This document shows positions 19,683 through 29,799 of a stretch of 64,000 bases of DNA, one piece after another. Below the pieces are notes generated by a model that searched no databases, was not told the DNA's origin, and was given only the letters and a program-made list of their open reading frames with translations. Each line of letters starts with the position of its first letter. Position 1 is the stretch's first letter. Origin of the DNA: a virus. Its lineage: Duplodnaviria; Caudoviricetes. The stretch covers positions 80,335 through 144,334 of the IMG/VR virus record IMGVR_UViG_3300029288_000085; one strand, written 5' to 3'. The translations under genes were made by a program, and so were the position numbers.

Positions 19683-20647
19683 TCTACTGCTCTCTTTATA
19701 ACCTCACAAATAAATCCTACTTTATTTTCCATTCCTTTATATACTGGTAATGCTATTATCCTATTATATATGTAGTCAGTGTTTGGAAGACCTTTTATTA
19801 AAGGTTCATAATAAATTTTTACTTCAATCCCATATTTATAAAAAGCGTTAGCAATTTTATCTCTAGTTTCTTTATCCTTTAATACAATTGCATATACACT
19901 TTGATTAGAACACTCTGGGATACTTTGTTCAGTATACTCTATATTATCAGATAGATATTTCCTATAACTATCTATGATTCCAAATCTAAGACCTTGATTA
20001 TTCCGAAAATGTTTTATAGACTCTAAAGCTACTCTAGCATTTATTTCAGTTAACTTAGAATAGTTATTAACTAACTTGATACATTCATTTGCTAATGAAC
20101 GATCTTTAGTAAGAATGACCCCGCCTTGCATACCACTAACAAGTTTAGTAAATGATAAAGATACTACTTCTAAATATCCTCTTTGTCCAAGTTCAGGTAA
20201 ACCAAAACCATGTGCGGCATCTACAATTAGATATTTACATCCAATATAATCACTGTTGAACTGATTACCAAACGTATCTACCCCTATTCGAATATCACAT
20301 GATACATTCCTCTCTTCAGATAACCAAGAATCTAACTTTACATCTTCAAAATATACATTTGCGTTATTAGATTCTGCTGCATATAATGTGCTATACCAAG
20401 TAAAAGCTGGAAGTGAAATAATTGATTCATAAACTGATAATGATTTTATTGCTATGGCAAGCCCTGAAGTACAATTTGCACAAGAGATTGCAAACGCATT
20501 ATGATGTTTCTCAAAATATTTTTCTAACTCTTTAATATAACTACCCTTTGCTACATTCCCACTTTTTAGAATATTAGCAACATCTTCAGCAATTGTATCT
20601 TCATTCTCTACTGAAAATCTATGGAATGGTACGATTACTTCACCCAC
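19679..20647 (-). CDS. DegT/DnrJ/EryC1/StrS sugar aminotransferase
   Basis: ANCTSGL, PAFTW, VDAAHGFG, SLSFTK...GGVI, IIALP. Confidence 0.85.
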   Translation of the reverse strand: MGEVIVPFHRFSVENEDTIAEDVANILKSGNVAKGSYIKELEKYFEKHHNAFAISCANCTSGLAIAIKSLSVYESIISLPAFTWYSTLYAAESNNANVYFEDVKLDSWLSEERNVSCDIRIGVDTFGNQFNSDYIGCKYLIVDAAHGFGLPELGQRGYLEVVSLSFTKLVSGMQGGVILTKDRSLANECIKLVNNYSKLTEINARVALESIKHFRNNQGLRFGIIDSYRKYLSDNIEYTEQSIPECSNQSVYAIVLKDKETRDKIANAFYKYGIEVKIYYEPLIKGLPNTDYIYNRIIALPVYKGMENKVGFICEVIKRAVE

Positions 20648-21564
20648 TTTTTTACCTCCTTAACAAAAATATTTTCATTTGGTGTCCATTCAATATTATT
20701 TAATATAATATTTGAATTGTCACAATCACTTTTTTTATCTTTTCCAACATATAGACATGACACAAATGCACCACTTCTTTCAAAGACTTTCATATATCGT
20801 TGTTTAAAGTGTCTATCTAATTCGGCAATAAAACCACCACTTCGAGTAGTACCCTTTTCGGGTAATATTGCACGACCAACAATAAATATTTTATCATCAG
20901 TTACTGAGAAATCTCTACACAGAAATCTGGAATCAAATTTTATCTGTGGGCCTTTGTTATTTATAAGCATATTTTTTCCTAAGATATAAGGTTCATCATC
21001 AATAAAATAAAAACAATCAGATTCAATATCAAATGATTCAGCAGATAGCATTTCAAACTTTTTATTCAAAGTAACTAAACCGCCAGTGTCTGAGTCATTT
21101 ATTTTACTTAAATTTATATAAATTTTATCATTATGGACATCTATACTAGTGAATGTGTCAAAAAGACTTGTGTATTCTTCACAGTTAAATTTTATCATAT
21201 ATACATCATAGCTCTTTTCAAGACTGAGGATTACAATTCCTTTTATCCCATTTGATGCAATAAATGTATTATCCCCTTGGGCTTTAGATTTTCCTAATGC
21301 TAGATCAATATTATTTCCATCTAAGTTATAAATTGTAAATATAGGATTACTCTTAGTATAAGTACAAATATTAAGATTAGTATTGATGATTATACTATTA
21401 TTAGTTTCAGATATACCACAAAAGTGTTCATTGTCATTTTCTAATCTATATAAGACATTTAAATCTTTTGTGACATCATCAAATGTATATAGATTGCCAT
21501 CGCCGGAACCTATCAATACTTTATTTTCTATCCCATTTATCTTCAATTGGTTTTCCATAAACAA
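20635..21564 (-). CDS. Hypothetical protein, possible beta-propeller
   Basis: Beta-strand-rich repeats; no clear motif. Confidence 0.45.
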   Translation of the reverse strand: MFMENQLKINGIENKVLIGSGDGNLYTFDDVTKDLNVLYRLENDNEHFCGISETNNSIIINTNLNICTYTKSNPIFTIYNLDGNNIDLALGKSKAQGDNTFIASNGIKGIVILSLEKSYDVYMIKFNCEEYTSLFDTFTSIDVHNDKIYINLSKINDSDTGGLVTLNKKFEMLSAESFDIESDCFYFIDDEPYILGKNMLINNKGPQIKFDSRFLCRDFSVTDDKIFIVGRAILPEKGTTRSGGFIAELDRHFKQRYMKVFERSGAFVSCLYVGKDKKSDCDNSNIILNNIEWTPNENIFVKEVKKWVK

Positions 21565-22510
21565 AACTCTCTAATATTTGATATAATTCCTTTGCTCGTA
21601 TTGAATCAGTATGATAGTTATTTATCATATTGATAGCATTAAAGGTCACTTCTTTCACTAAGTCTGCATCGTTCTGTATGATTCTTGATACTTTCAGTAT
21701 ATCACTACAATCCTGTTCATATTTAAAATAACATTGTTTTCCTGGAAATAAACTGTCACTACATATGAAATCATTACTCAAAAGAGTAGCCCCAGTTGCC
21801 ATAATCTCAAATGCCTTAGCAGGGGCCATATTAAGATAATATAGACTACAAGATAGACCACATCTATATTGCTTTATAAGTTTGGGGTATGCTTCATACC
21901 CAACATTTCCATAATAGTCTAAACTACCATCTAATTCTAACATTCTTATAGCCAACTGTCTTGTTCTATACAACACATTTGTACTATATCTTCCACCACC
22001 CACATATAAGATTTTGTTATATTTACTACTCAAATAGTCTGTTGTTGGATCTGTAAGAAAATCCTCGTGTGCAGACCAGGGAAGATATACATTCCGTATG
22101 GGGAATAAATTTGCTGCATATGGGCCTCTACATATAATCAGGTCAATACCCTTCTCCTTATACCAATTTTCATTGTTATCATTTAGATATGTGTAGTAAT
22201 CTATTTCAAGTGAAACTTTAGGAATATTTTTAATTTGTTCAAAACCAGCTACTCTTGAAAGCATTATCTTAGATATAATATACTCAGGCATAACAATTAT
22301 ATCCGGTTTTATTATATTAGCAACATCTTTTAAAGATAGTTTATGATTAAATTCTATAGGAGATATTTCTTCACCATTTAACTCCTGTTCATCTTTTCCA
22401 TAAATAAAGAAATCACAATGTTCTTTAAGACGTAACATGAATTCAGCTTGTAATCTTCTAGTATCTCGTCTACGTCCATCAAATAAATGCAAACAGCGCA
22501 TTTTTAACAC
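21521..22510 (-). CDS. Glycosyltransferase (CgeB/Glyco_trans_1_2-like)
   Basis: KPDII, LPWSA, KAFEIMATGATLL. Confidence 0.75.
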   Translation of the reverse strand: MLKMRCLHLFDGRRRDTRRLQAEFMLRLKEHCDFFIYGKDEQELNGEEISPIEFNHKLSLKDVANIIKPDIIVMPEYIISKIMLSRVAGFEQIKNIPKVSLEIDYYTYLNDNNENWYKEKGIDLIICRGPYAANLFPIRNVYLPWSAHEDFLTDPTTDYLSSKYNKILYVGGGRYSTNVLYRTRQLAIRMLELDGSLDYYGNVGYEAYPKLIKQYRCGLSCSLYYLNMAPAKAFEIMATGATLLSNDFICSDSLFPGKQCYFKYEQDCSDILKVSRIIQNDADLVKEVTFNAINMINNYHTDSIRAKELYQILESFVYGKPIEDKWDRK

Positions 22511-22637
22511 CTCATCTCATAATAATTACATCCTTTAACTTGATGTATTTTTTTATGCAATGTATGCAAACCATACCCCATTCACGTTTATTAAATTCAT
22601 TGTCTTTCCTATCCTCAAGACATTTTACACATTTCAT
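22504..22637 (-). pseudogene. HNH endonuclease remnant (frameshifted)
   Basis: MKCVKC...MVCIHC, then in a shifted frame HKKIHQVKGCNYYEMRC; DNA aaaggatgtaattattatgagatgaggtgt is near-identical to the remnant at 4143-4226. Confidence 0.55.
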
Positions 22638-23349
22638 TTATCTTAGCCTCAACAAAAATTTCGCACCCATAATTTGGAAGTATAGAAGCCATATTATTTA
22701 AACCATCAACGATCTTACTGTCCACTAGACAAGTCATTTGAGTATCAGAAAATGGTTTAATTAGATAAGATCCGCTTGTGATAATTTGGAATCCATTATC
22801 TTGCAAATGACGTTGCAATAACTTTTTATCAAAATGAAACTGATGATCAAACATAATATCATAATCTGAATTCAGCTCTAATCCCATACAAGACCCTAAA
22901 ATCTTGTGTAAGGACTTGGAATTAGGAACATTTATATGAATCTTTGTATTTCTGTTGCAGATGGTATGTATTTTGCTAAGAAAAATATCTATATTGTGTA
23001 CAAGATGAAGTACACTACTTAATATTATAAGATCAAATTTCTGCCCTTCTGAATTCCAATTTTCTAATTCTGTATGCTCTACAATAATATTACCATAATC
23101 ATATATATTTCTTTGTGCTTCATCAACAAATCTTTTTTCTTTTTCTATAACTATATATTTATCAAATGAAGCTTCATTTAAATCTGTAAAATAGAACTGT
23201 AATCCACAACCTACATCCAGAATTGTCCTATGTGGATATCTATTCATAAACTTTAGAACTTCAATTCTTCGATATTTTTCTACAAATGTCTCAAAGTGAA
23301 TTGTGTTATGTTCTGCAATATAATCATTTACATAGTTGTGCATATCCAA
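22615..23349 (-). CDS. Class I SAM methyltransferase
   Basis: ILDVGCG, FDLIILSSVLH, INVPNSKSLH. Confidence 0.85.
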   Translation of the reverse strand: MDMHNYVNDYIAEHNTIHFETFVEKYRRIEVLKFMNRYPHRTILDVGCGLQFYFTDLNEASFDKYIVIEKEKRFVDEAQRNIYDYGNIIVEHTELENWNSEGQKFDLIILSSVLHLVHNIDIFLSKIHTICNRNTKIHINVPNSKSLHKILGSCMGLELNSDYDIMFDHQFHFDKKLLQRHLQDNGFQIITSGSYLIKPFSDTQMTCLVDSKIVDGLNNMASILPNYGCEIFVEAKINEMCKMS

Positions 23350-24238
23350 CTCCTGATTTTCCTAATCCACTACCATTATAAAACATCAGCCTCTTATCTT
23401 CTACATCTACTACACACGAAAAACAGATTTGTTCTGAATCCCAACCAGTTTCAGATACATCTATGCCAACTTCACTATCTTTTCTTATCCACTTCACTCC
23501 ATCTTTAGATTCTGCATATCCTATTCTATATCCTACATCAAATCTTCTTATAGAATACCACATTTTATATATTCTATCCTCTTTGATGACCCAAGGACGA
23601 GCTAACCCAAACTCATGTTTAGATCTTGGTATATAACATGGAAATCCCATTTTAAACATTTCACCATCCGTCGATGAAGCATAAGATATACTATAACGTT
23701 CAACATCTTTACCATTATATTTTGCTATAAACCCCGTTCTGCTTCCTGTATACCACATTTTATATCTATCGAAATCTTTTATGACACATGATGCTGATCT
23801 AGCAATAAATTCTATATTAGTTCTATCTAAAATAGGAATTTGGTATTTTCTAATAAATGTATCTCCATTATCTACACTAGTAGCTAATCCAGTAAAAAGA
23901 ATTTGTGGTGCTTCAGTAGTTTTCATAAAACCAAAGTAATATAAGTATTTTATCTTACCAAAATTTAATATACAGGAAGGAACTACGCCATGTTCATCAA
24001 ATGTACCTTTTTCTCCTTGTATAAGACATGGTTCTTCTGATTCGTATAGTATTTTCTTTGGGTTGGATTTATCAACATCAATATATCCAATACGACCAAT
24101 CATATTTTCATCTAGTGAAGTAGTATATATACGGATACAATCATCCCTAATATCTACTGTAGGAAGATATGCCCGTTCTCTAGCCCACCACTTTTTTCCA
24201 TTAGGTTTCCAGATGAAACCACATTTCTGCCATTTCAT
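23324..24238 (-). CDS. Five-bladed beta-propeller glycoside hydrolase-like protein
   Basis: GTFDEHGV, YKMWY repeated twice, YRIGYAESKDGVKW, GWDSE, YNGSG.GKSGVG. Confidence 0.7.
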   Translation of the reverse strand: MKWQKCGFIWKPNGKKWWARERAYLPTVDIRDDCIRIYTTSLDENMIGRIGYIDVDKSNPKKILYESEEPCLIQGEKGTFDEHGVVPSCILNFGKIKYLYYFGFMKTTEAPQILFTGLATSVDNGDTFIRKYQIPILDRTNIEFIARSASCVIKDFDRYKMWYTGSRTGFIAKYNGKDVERYSISYASSTDGEMFKMGFPCYIPRSKHEFGLARPWVIKEDRIYKMWYSIRRFDVGYRIGYAESKDGVKWIRKDSEVGIDVSETGWDSEQICFSCVVDVEDKRLMFYNGSGLGKSGVGYAQLCK

Positions 24239-25005
24239 TTAAGACAGTTTTCCTTTGCTTCTGATTCATCACTACATACATTACAATTTATACATTTAGA
24301 ATAACCAGTCGTATAATCATCAAAATTTAGTATCCATTCATGTCCTAATATATCTCTATAATATGGTTTAGTAAGATTTAATCTATTGTCTTCTTTATCA
24401 CGTTTCCAAGTATGTCCTTCTTTGTATAATGAATTAGCTTTAATAAATGTAGAATCTGGTACATTGATATTATTTATAACTGTACTATTAACCCCAAAGA
24501 AACAATTGTTTCCTATAGTCACATGACCACAAATACAAACTTCTGAAGTGATAAGATTATGTGATCCAATAACCGAATGATGCCCAACATGTGAATTAGC
24601 CCAAATTGTCGTATTTTCTCCTATTTTTATAAAGGGTTGAATAGTATTACCTTCCATTATAAAACAACCTTCACCAACTATTACATTATTCCATACTGAT
24701 GCTTTGCTACTGATATAAGTTGCCATTTCATAACCTTTATCTCGTGCTTCATAAAACTTCTTTTCTCTTAATTTGAGATTATCCCCATAACCAACAGCAA
24801 TAAACATCTTATGAAAGTTAGGATCATATATGTCTTCAACATATTCAAATTCCACAATAGGCAAATTGAATTTTGATGTTTCTTTCATATGACTTTTATC
24901 TACTGTAAAAGCCACAACTTTAAGATTAGAATCATGAGTAAAATATTCATATGCTAGTTCTGCAAAAGATGAAGTACCAAAAATTACTATTTGCTTATTA
25001 ACCAT
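24235..25005 (-). CDS. Sugar O/N-acetyltransferase (NeuD/PglD hexapeptide family) with C-terminal Cys/His extension
   Basis: IVIFGTSSFAELA, FIAVGY, hexapeptide repeats, VGHH. Confidence 0.85.
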   Translation of the reverse strand: MVNKQIVIFGTSSFAELAYEYFTHDSNLKVVAFTVDKSHMKETSKFNLPIVEFEYVEDIYDPNFHKMFIAVGYGDNLKLREKKFYEARDKGYEMATYISSKASVWNNVIVGEGCFIMEGNTIQPFIKIGENTTIWANSHVGHHSVIGSHNLITSEVCICGHVTIGNNCFFGVNSTVINNINVPDSTFIKANSLYKEGHTWKRDKEDNRLNLTKPYYRDILGHEWILNFDDYTTGYSKCINCNVCSDESEAKENCLK

Positions 25006-25006
25006 A

Positions 25007-25951
25007 TTAATTTAACTCCTTACGATATGTCTTTCTTAATACTCCCCTACCACCAAACCCACTCTTAAATTTAAATAATCCCCAATTCACTTTTTCACCC
25101 TTATCTTCTGTCGATATTCCTAAGTTTGCATACTTATAACTATTATCTAACCCCCACCTCATTACTTTATATATCACAACATTGAGAGAACGAAGAATCT
25201 GAAATTCATAATTCTGAGCAATATAAAAGATCTCAAAAGCATTCTCATTACCTTTGAATATTACAATTCCAGCAGTCATTATATCTTCGTTATATGCAGT
25301 TACTAAAATTATATCATATGGAAATAAATTCTTTAGTCTTGTTATCTCTTCAATTGTATGTGTGGGCGCAACAGAATGTCTCTGTTCTAGATTCTTAGTG
25401 AGAATTTCCCAATATTTTTGCCATTCAATACTGTCAAATTCAATTCTAATATCCTGTGCTTTTCTTATTGAACGTTCTGTTGAATCATCAATAAGAAATA
25501 GATTGTCTAACCGTATTGTACAAGCAAGATCCTTTGCAGAAAGGTTATATCCATTTCTTAAAAGCATATATTCTAATTCATCACTTGGAACCTTATTATA
25601 GATATAAGGTGTCAATCTTAACTCAATTGCTTTATAAGAGGGAAATGATAGTAAGTCAATTATTTCACGGATATCATCAAGGTCAGTATGGTAAGATAAT
25701 ACTAAACCTCCAATAGAACTACCTGGATGGCTAAATATAATCTTCTTTCCATTTTCAGATTTTTCTGCTGCTGGAAGTACAGCTACAAGTTCATTTCTTT
25801 TATAAAACATTAAGGATTTGTCTATGAAGCGATTTTTGTGGTAGGATAAAAATTTACGCAGATGAAAGATAGTGCCATTCTTTGAATTTTTTAAAACAAA
25901 TAGATCCCATGAATCGGCTAGTAAGTCATTATAGTTTACACAACTGATCAT
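25007..25951 (-). CDS. GNAT/FemAB-like acyltransferase
   Basis: NGTIFH..KFLSYH..RF.D.SL, SHPG, PTHT, LGISTE, GLFKFKSGFGG. Confidence 0.8.
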   Translation of the reverse strand: MISCVNYNDLLADSWDLFVLKNSKNGTIFHLRKFLSYHKNRFIDKSLMFYKRNELVAVLPAAEKSENGKKIIFSHPGSSIGGLVLSYHTDLDDIREIIDLLSFPSYKAIELRLTPYIYNKVPSDELEYMLLRNGYNLSAKDLACTIRLDNLFLIDDSTERSIRKAQDIRIEFDSIEWQKYWEILTKNLEQRHSVAPTHTIEEITRLKNLFPYDIILVTAYNEDIMTAGIVIFKGNENAFEIFYIAQNYEFQILRSLNVVIYKVMRWGLDNSYKYANLGISTEDKGEKVNWGLFKFKSGFGGRGVLRKTYRKELN

Positions 25952-26936
25952 CTTCCCATTTCCTTGGTATCTCTTCCCCTGACAGGAAAGCCTCTAAAAT
26001 ATTTTTAAATTCCAAAATTCGATGTCTATCTAAATGATATCTGTTGATGACCTGAACAGCGTTGTCAACTATAACTTGAGCCTCATCTAGATTTTCTCTT
26101 ATGTATTTCACTACTTTTATTATGTCACTAAGATCATTCTTATACTCAAAGAAAAATTCTTCTTCACCAAATAATTCTTTCTGTCCATAAAACCAAGGGG
26201 TTAATAATACTGTTCCACTTGCCATTATTTCAAACATCTTTCCCAGAGTACAATGTAAATCACCACCAGCATCTGATAGTCCAATAGTATATTTTCTTAA
26301 TTCTATTGGATATTCTTTAGCTGGAATTATTTCTCTGTTAACTATTAAATTATGTTGTGATAATTTATCAATAGCATTTTTCCTAAGACTATATAACTTT
26401 TCAGCTTTACCTATATTACCTAAGAAGACTACATTATTTACTCTCTGATGTAATTTTTCCCCTTCATTAAATTCATTTTCATTTACTGACAAAGGAAGCC
26501 AAACTTTAGGCATAGTTAGTGGATCATTTTTCTTCATATATGACCTATTTATCATAAGATCAAATCCCATGTTACTGTACCAGTTAAGATCTGTATCATA
26601 CAGTACAGCATAATAATCACCCTCAAAAATTACAAATGGTATGGAACTTAACTTATTCTTTGCTGGCATCCAATTGTGTGTTAGATTATATGTGAATGCA
26701 ATTATGATATCTGGTCTGAATATACTATATAAATCATCTAGTGTATACTTACTATTATATTCAACAGGTGACAAAATTTTATCATTTAGAGTTTGTTCTT
26801 TAGGGCCATAAATGTTTACTTGGTGAAATTGTATCATCTTCATCCAAAAATCAAAATGTAATCTACTAACATATGATCTTACATCACCTATTGAGGAATC
26901 AAATAGATATAGTAGCTTCATTTTATAGCCCACCAA
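25929..26936 (-). CDS. Glycosyltransferase (CgeB-like), paralog of 21521-22510
   Basis: RPDII, WLPLSV, KMFEIMASGTVLL. Confidence 0.75.
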   Translation of the reverse strand: MVGYKMKLLYLFDSSIGDVRSYVSRLHFDFWMKMIQFHQVNIYGPKEQTLNDKILSPVEYNSKYTLDDLYSIFRPDIIIAFTYNLTHNWMPAKNKLSSIPFVIFEGDYYAVLYDTDLNWYSNMGFDLMINRSYMKKNDPLTMPKVWLPLSVNENEFNEGEKLHQRVNNVVFLGNIGKAEKLYSLRKNAIDKLSQHNLIVNREIIPAKEYPIELRKYTIGLSDAGGDLHCTLGKMFEIMASGTVLLTPWFYGQKELFGEEEFFFEYKNDLSDIIKVVKYIRENLDEAQVIVDNAVQVINRYHLDRHRILEFKNILEAFLSGEEIPRKWEDDQLCKL

Positions 26937-27430
26937 TCAGCAGTATCTGTATCTTCACATTTAAAACAATATAGTTGTACATCCATATGATCACAGAAGA
27001 ACTCATCTACTGCTTTTGTTACATTCAAATCGGTAAAATCATGTCCAGCAAATAACCCATCTAATTTTACTTTTGGATAGTATAACTCTAAATCTAATTT
27101 TATGTTATCATATTTATGATCCCCATCTATATATACAAAATCTAAAGTCTCATCATTAAATAAATTAATTACCTTTGCAGAAAAGTTTTTAATCCAAACA
27201 ATTTTAGCTATATATTTTGAATCTAATCGACTATGGGCCAAATTTTCCCATCTGTTAATATTTTCTTGTCTAAAATGCTCATATTCTATGTAGGGGTCAA
27301 TCAAATATAATAAGGCTATGTCAAGATTTTCTAGAATATTAAGAGCATTTTCTCCAGAACTAACCCCAATCTCAACACCAGTAAGATTTTTTCTATTTTT
27401 TATTACTCTGAATGCTGGTCTACTTATCAC
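26918..27430 (-). CDS. Class I SAM methyltransferase (Methyltransf_24-like)
   Basis: GVEIGV...LIDPY...LDFVYIDGDH...AGHDF. Confidence 0.85.
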   Translation of the reverse strand: MISRPAFRVIKNRKNLTGVEIGVSSGENALNILENLDIALLYLIDPYIEYEHFRQENINRWENLAHSRLDSKYIAKIVWIKNFSAKVINLFNDETLDFVYIDGDHKYDNIKLDLELYYPKVKLDGLFAGHDFTDLNVTKAVDEFFCDHMDVQLYCFKCEDTDTADWWAIK

Positions 27431-28854
27431 GGCTTAAATATCCAAAAGTCATGAGATCTAGAATCATTAGCATCAACCGCAGAAAAGATTTCTACACCTT
27501 TAGCTTTGAAAAAATCATATACTGCTCTTTTTACTTGATTACCATCATTCTCCTCATCAAAATCATGCCCTGCAACAAGACCTCCTGATTTGACTTTAGG
27601 ATAATATAATTCTAAATCTTTCATCACTGCATCATATTTATGATCCCCATCTATATATACAAAATCTAATAATCTATCAATCTTCTCATATGCCTTGTCT
27701 GATGGCTCATAAATCCATGTGATTTTACGCATAAAATTATGAAGTAATTTTATAGAATCATTCTTTGTTTCATCATCATTTATATATGGGTCTATAAGAT
27801 ACATGTGTTCAATACTTAGATTAGCAAATATATTAAAGGCATTCTGACCTCTAAAAACGCCAATCTCTGCACCAATCATATCTTTCTTATCTTCAAGATT
27901 CCTGATTGATGGTCTATCTATTTTTCTAACTATATTTACCATTCGAGCAAATACAGCTTCCCAAGTATATTCATTTACAGCCCTTGTTCTACCATTTATT
28001 GCAACTTTATAAGCCATACTATCATCAACTGATTTCATTAACTTGAGTAAATCATTTTCATTTTTGAAATAGAAAAGGTCTTTCTTGTCTTCAAAATATT
28101 TATTGAGTGTGCCAGTTGAATCTAAATGAAATACACAAGAACCACAAGCAAGGTATCTTATCAGTCTATTACTAAAATATTCTGTATGGATATCATTATA
28201 AGTATTTAATGATAGCATAAATTTTGATGATGAACACACTGTTGCAAAATCTGATTCAACAACTTCTTGTGGACTGTAACCATTACCATAGAACTTCACA
28301 TTATATCCGGCATCCTCAAGAACCTTTTTATACTTGTCACGTTCTGGAGTTTTAGAACCAATAAACGATATATCTGCTATACAATTACTATTTGAGTCTG
28401 TTGGTCTAAAAATGCTTGCGTCAATACCTTGTATAATGTGATGACATTTTCTTACACCCTCTGATTCGAACCATTGAGCAATATCTAATCCTGTACAAGA
28501 ACTGAAATTAGCATTTTTAGCATGTTGTATAACTTCAGGGCAAGATTCAATCGTCTTTTTAGGATCAGGATTAAATAGCCATGTTTGCGTATAAGCATTA
28601 CTTTTAGTAATAAGATCTGAATTCATACCATTACATTTGAAAAATACAGTTAAATATGGTCTGTGCTTATCTAATGTATATAACAACATATCTTCAAAAA
28701 ATTTATTTCCTTTACTAGATATAATTGTCCTATAATTTATAGGTAGTACTTCAAACCCTAACCTCAAAGCAGCTTTCGAAAAAGCAATATTTGTAGATCC
28801 TCGTTTGTCTAAAACGCCGACTATACAAATTGTTTTCTTATCATTATTATCCAT
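27427..28854 (-). CDS. Glycosyltransferase (CgeB-like) fused to Methyltransf_24-like domain
   Basis: DISFIGS...YFSNRL..YLACG...EYTWE followed by GAEIGV...FVYIDGDH...AGHDF. Confidence 0.8.
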   Translation of the reverse strand: MDNNDKKTICIVGVLDKRGSTNIAFSKAALRLGFEVLPINYRTIISSKGNKFFEDMLLYTLDKHRPYLTVFFKCNGMNSDLITKSNAYTQTWLFNPDPKKTIESCPEVIQHAKNANFSSCTGLDIAQWFESEGVRKCHHIIQGIDASIFRPTDSNSNCIADISFIGSKTPERDKYKKVLEDAGYNVKFYGNGYSPQEVVESDFATVCSSSKFMLSLNTYNDIHTEYFSNRLIRYLACGSCVFHLDSTGTLNKYFEDKKDLFYFKNENDLLKLMKSVDDSMAYKVAINGRTRAVNEYTWEAVFARMVNIVRKIDRPSIRNLEDKKDMIGAEIGVFRGQNAFNIFANLSIEHMYLIDPYINDDETKNDSIKLLHNFMRKITWIYEPSDKAYEKIDRLLDFVYIDGDHKYDAVMKDLELYYPKVKSGGLVAGHDFDEENDGNQVKRAVYDFFKAKGVEIFSAVDANDSRSHDFWIFKP

Positions 28855-29275
28855 TTATCTTCTCCATTATTCCTATAATAATATTATCATAAGTATCTGG
28901 TTTTCGATATACAATCACATCATCCTCTTCAGTTGGCTTTTCAAAGTATGAATCTTTCCACATATACTCAGTTGTACCATCAACAAATATCTGAATAGGT
29001 TTGATAAACTTCCTCATACACTCCAACCTCACTTTTCTAATTGGAGCAACCATTGCTATAATTGGTAAAACACCTTGCTTCTCAAATCTAGCTGCTAGAT
29101 TAGATAACATATGCATCCATTTTGTTCTATCCTCATCAGTAAATCCTTTATAATATAAATCTTCTCTCATCTCATCTGCATCAAGTAATATCGAATTACT
29201 AATACTACTATTAAGATATCTTCCTAACGTACTTTTTCCCATTTTTACATACCCAAAAATAATGATTACTGCCAT
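28847..29275 (-). CDS. cysC: Adenylyl-sulfate (APS) kinase-like protein
   Basis: P-loop GYVKMGKST, LLDADEMR, GFTDEDR, IAMVAP...R, FEKP; shorter than cellular CysC. Confidence 0.7.
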   Translation of the reverse strand: MAVIIIFGYVKMGKSTLGRYLNSSISNSILLDADEMREDLYYKGFTDEDRTKWMHMLSNLAARFEKQGVLPIIAMVAPIRKVRLECMRKFIKPIQIFVDGTTEYMWKDSYFEKPTEEDDVIVYRKPDTYDNIIIGIMEKING

Positions 29276-29797
29276 TTATTTTTCCACACTCCAATCCCAA
29301 TCTTCAACACGTATCATTTTTTGTAGTGGATAGAAATAATCATTTACAGCCTTTACTACTTGTAGCCTGTATATCTTTTTAAAATCGTGCCCTGCAATCA
29401 ATCCACCTATCTTTATTTTAGGATAAAAAAGAGCAATATCTTGCAATACATAAGGGTATCGATGATTACCATCAACATAAGCAAAATCCAATGGATCTCT
29501 GACATGAACAGCCATATTTTCTGATAATCCTCTTAACCACACTAGCTTATCTTCAAATGGGGCTAATATCTTTTTAGCATATTCCATGCATTTCAGAGCA
29601 GTTTCACTATTAGAAATTACACCATGCCCTTGCATATGATCATAACACATCCAAGGATCTATTAAATATAGTTTTTTAATATTAAGATAGGTAAGCATAG
29701 AGAGGGCATTTTCTCCTGAGTCAACTCCAACTTCACAGCCAACAAGATTTGATTTTTCAGATAGGACTTTTAAGGAAGGTCTTAATTCTTGTATCAT
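29276..29797 (-). CDS. Class I SAM methyltransferase (Methyltransf_24-like)
   Basis: GCEVGV...LIDPW...DFAYVDGNH...AGHDF. Confidence 0.85.
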   Translation of the reverse strand: MIQELRPSLKVLSEKSNLVGCEVGVDSGENALSMLTYLNIKKLYLIDPWMCYDHMQGHGVISNSETALKCMEYAKKILAPFEDKLVWLRGLSENMAVHVRDPLDFAYVDGNHRYPYVLQDIALFYPKIKIGGLIAGHDFKKIYRLQVVKAVNDYFYPLQKMIRVEDWDWSVEK

Positions 29798-29799
29798 TA

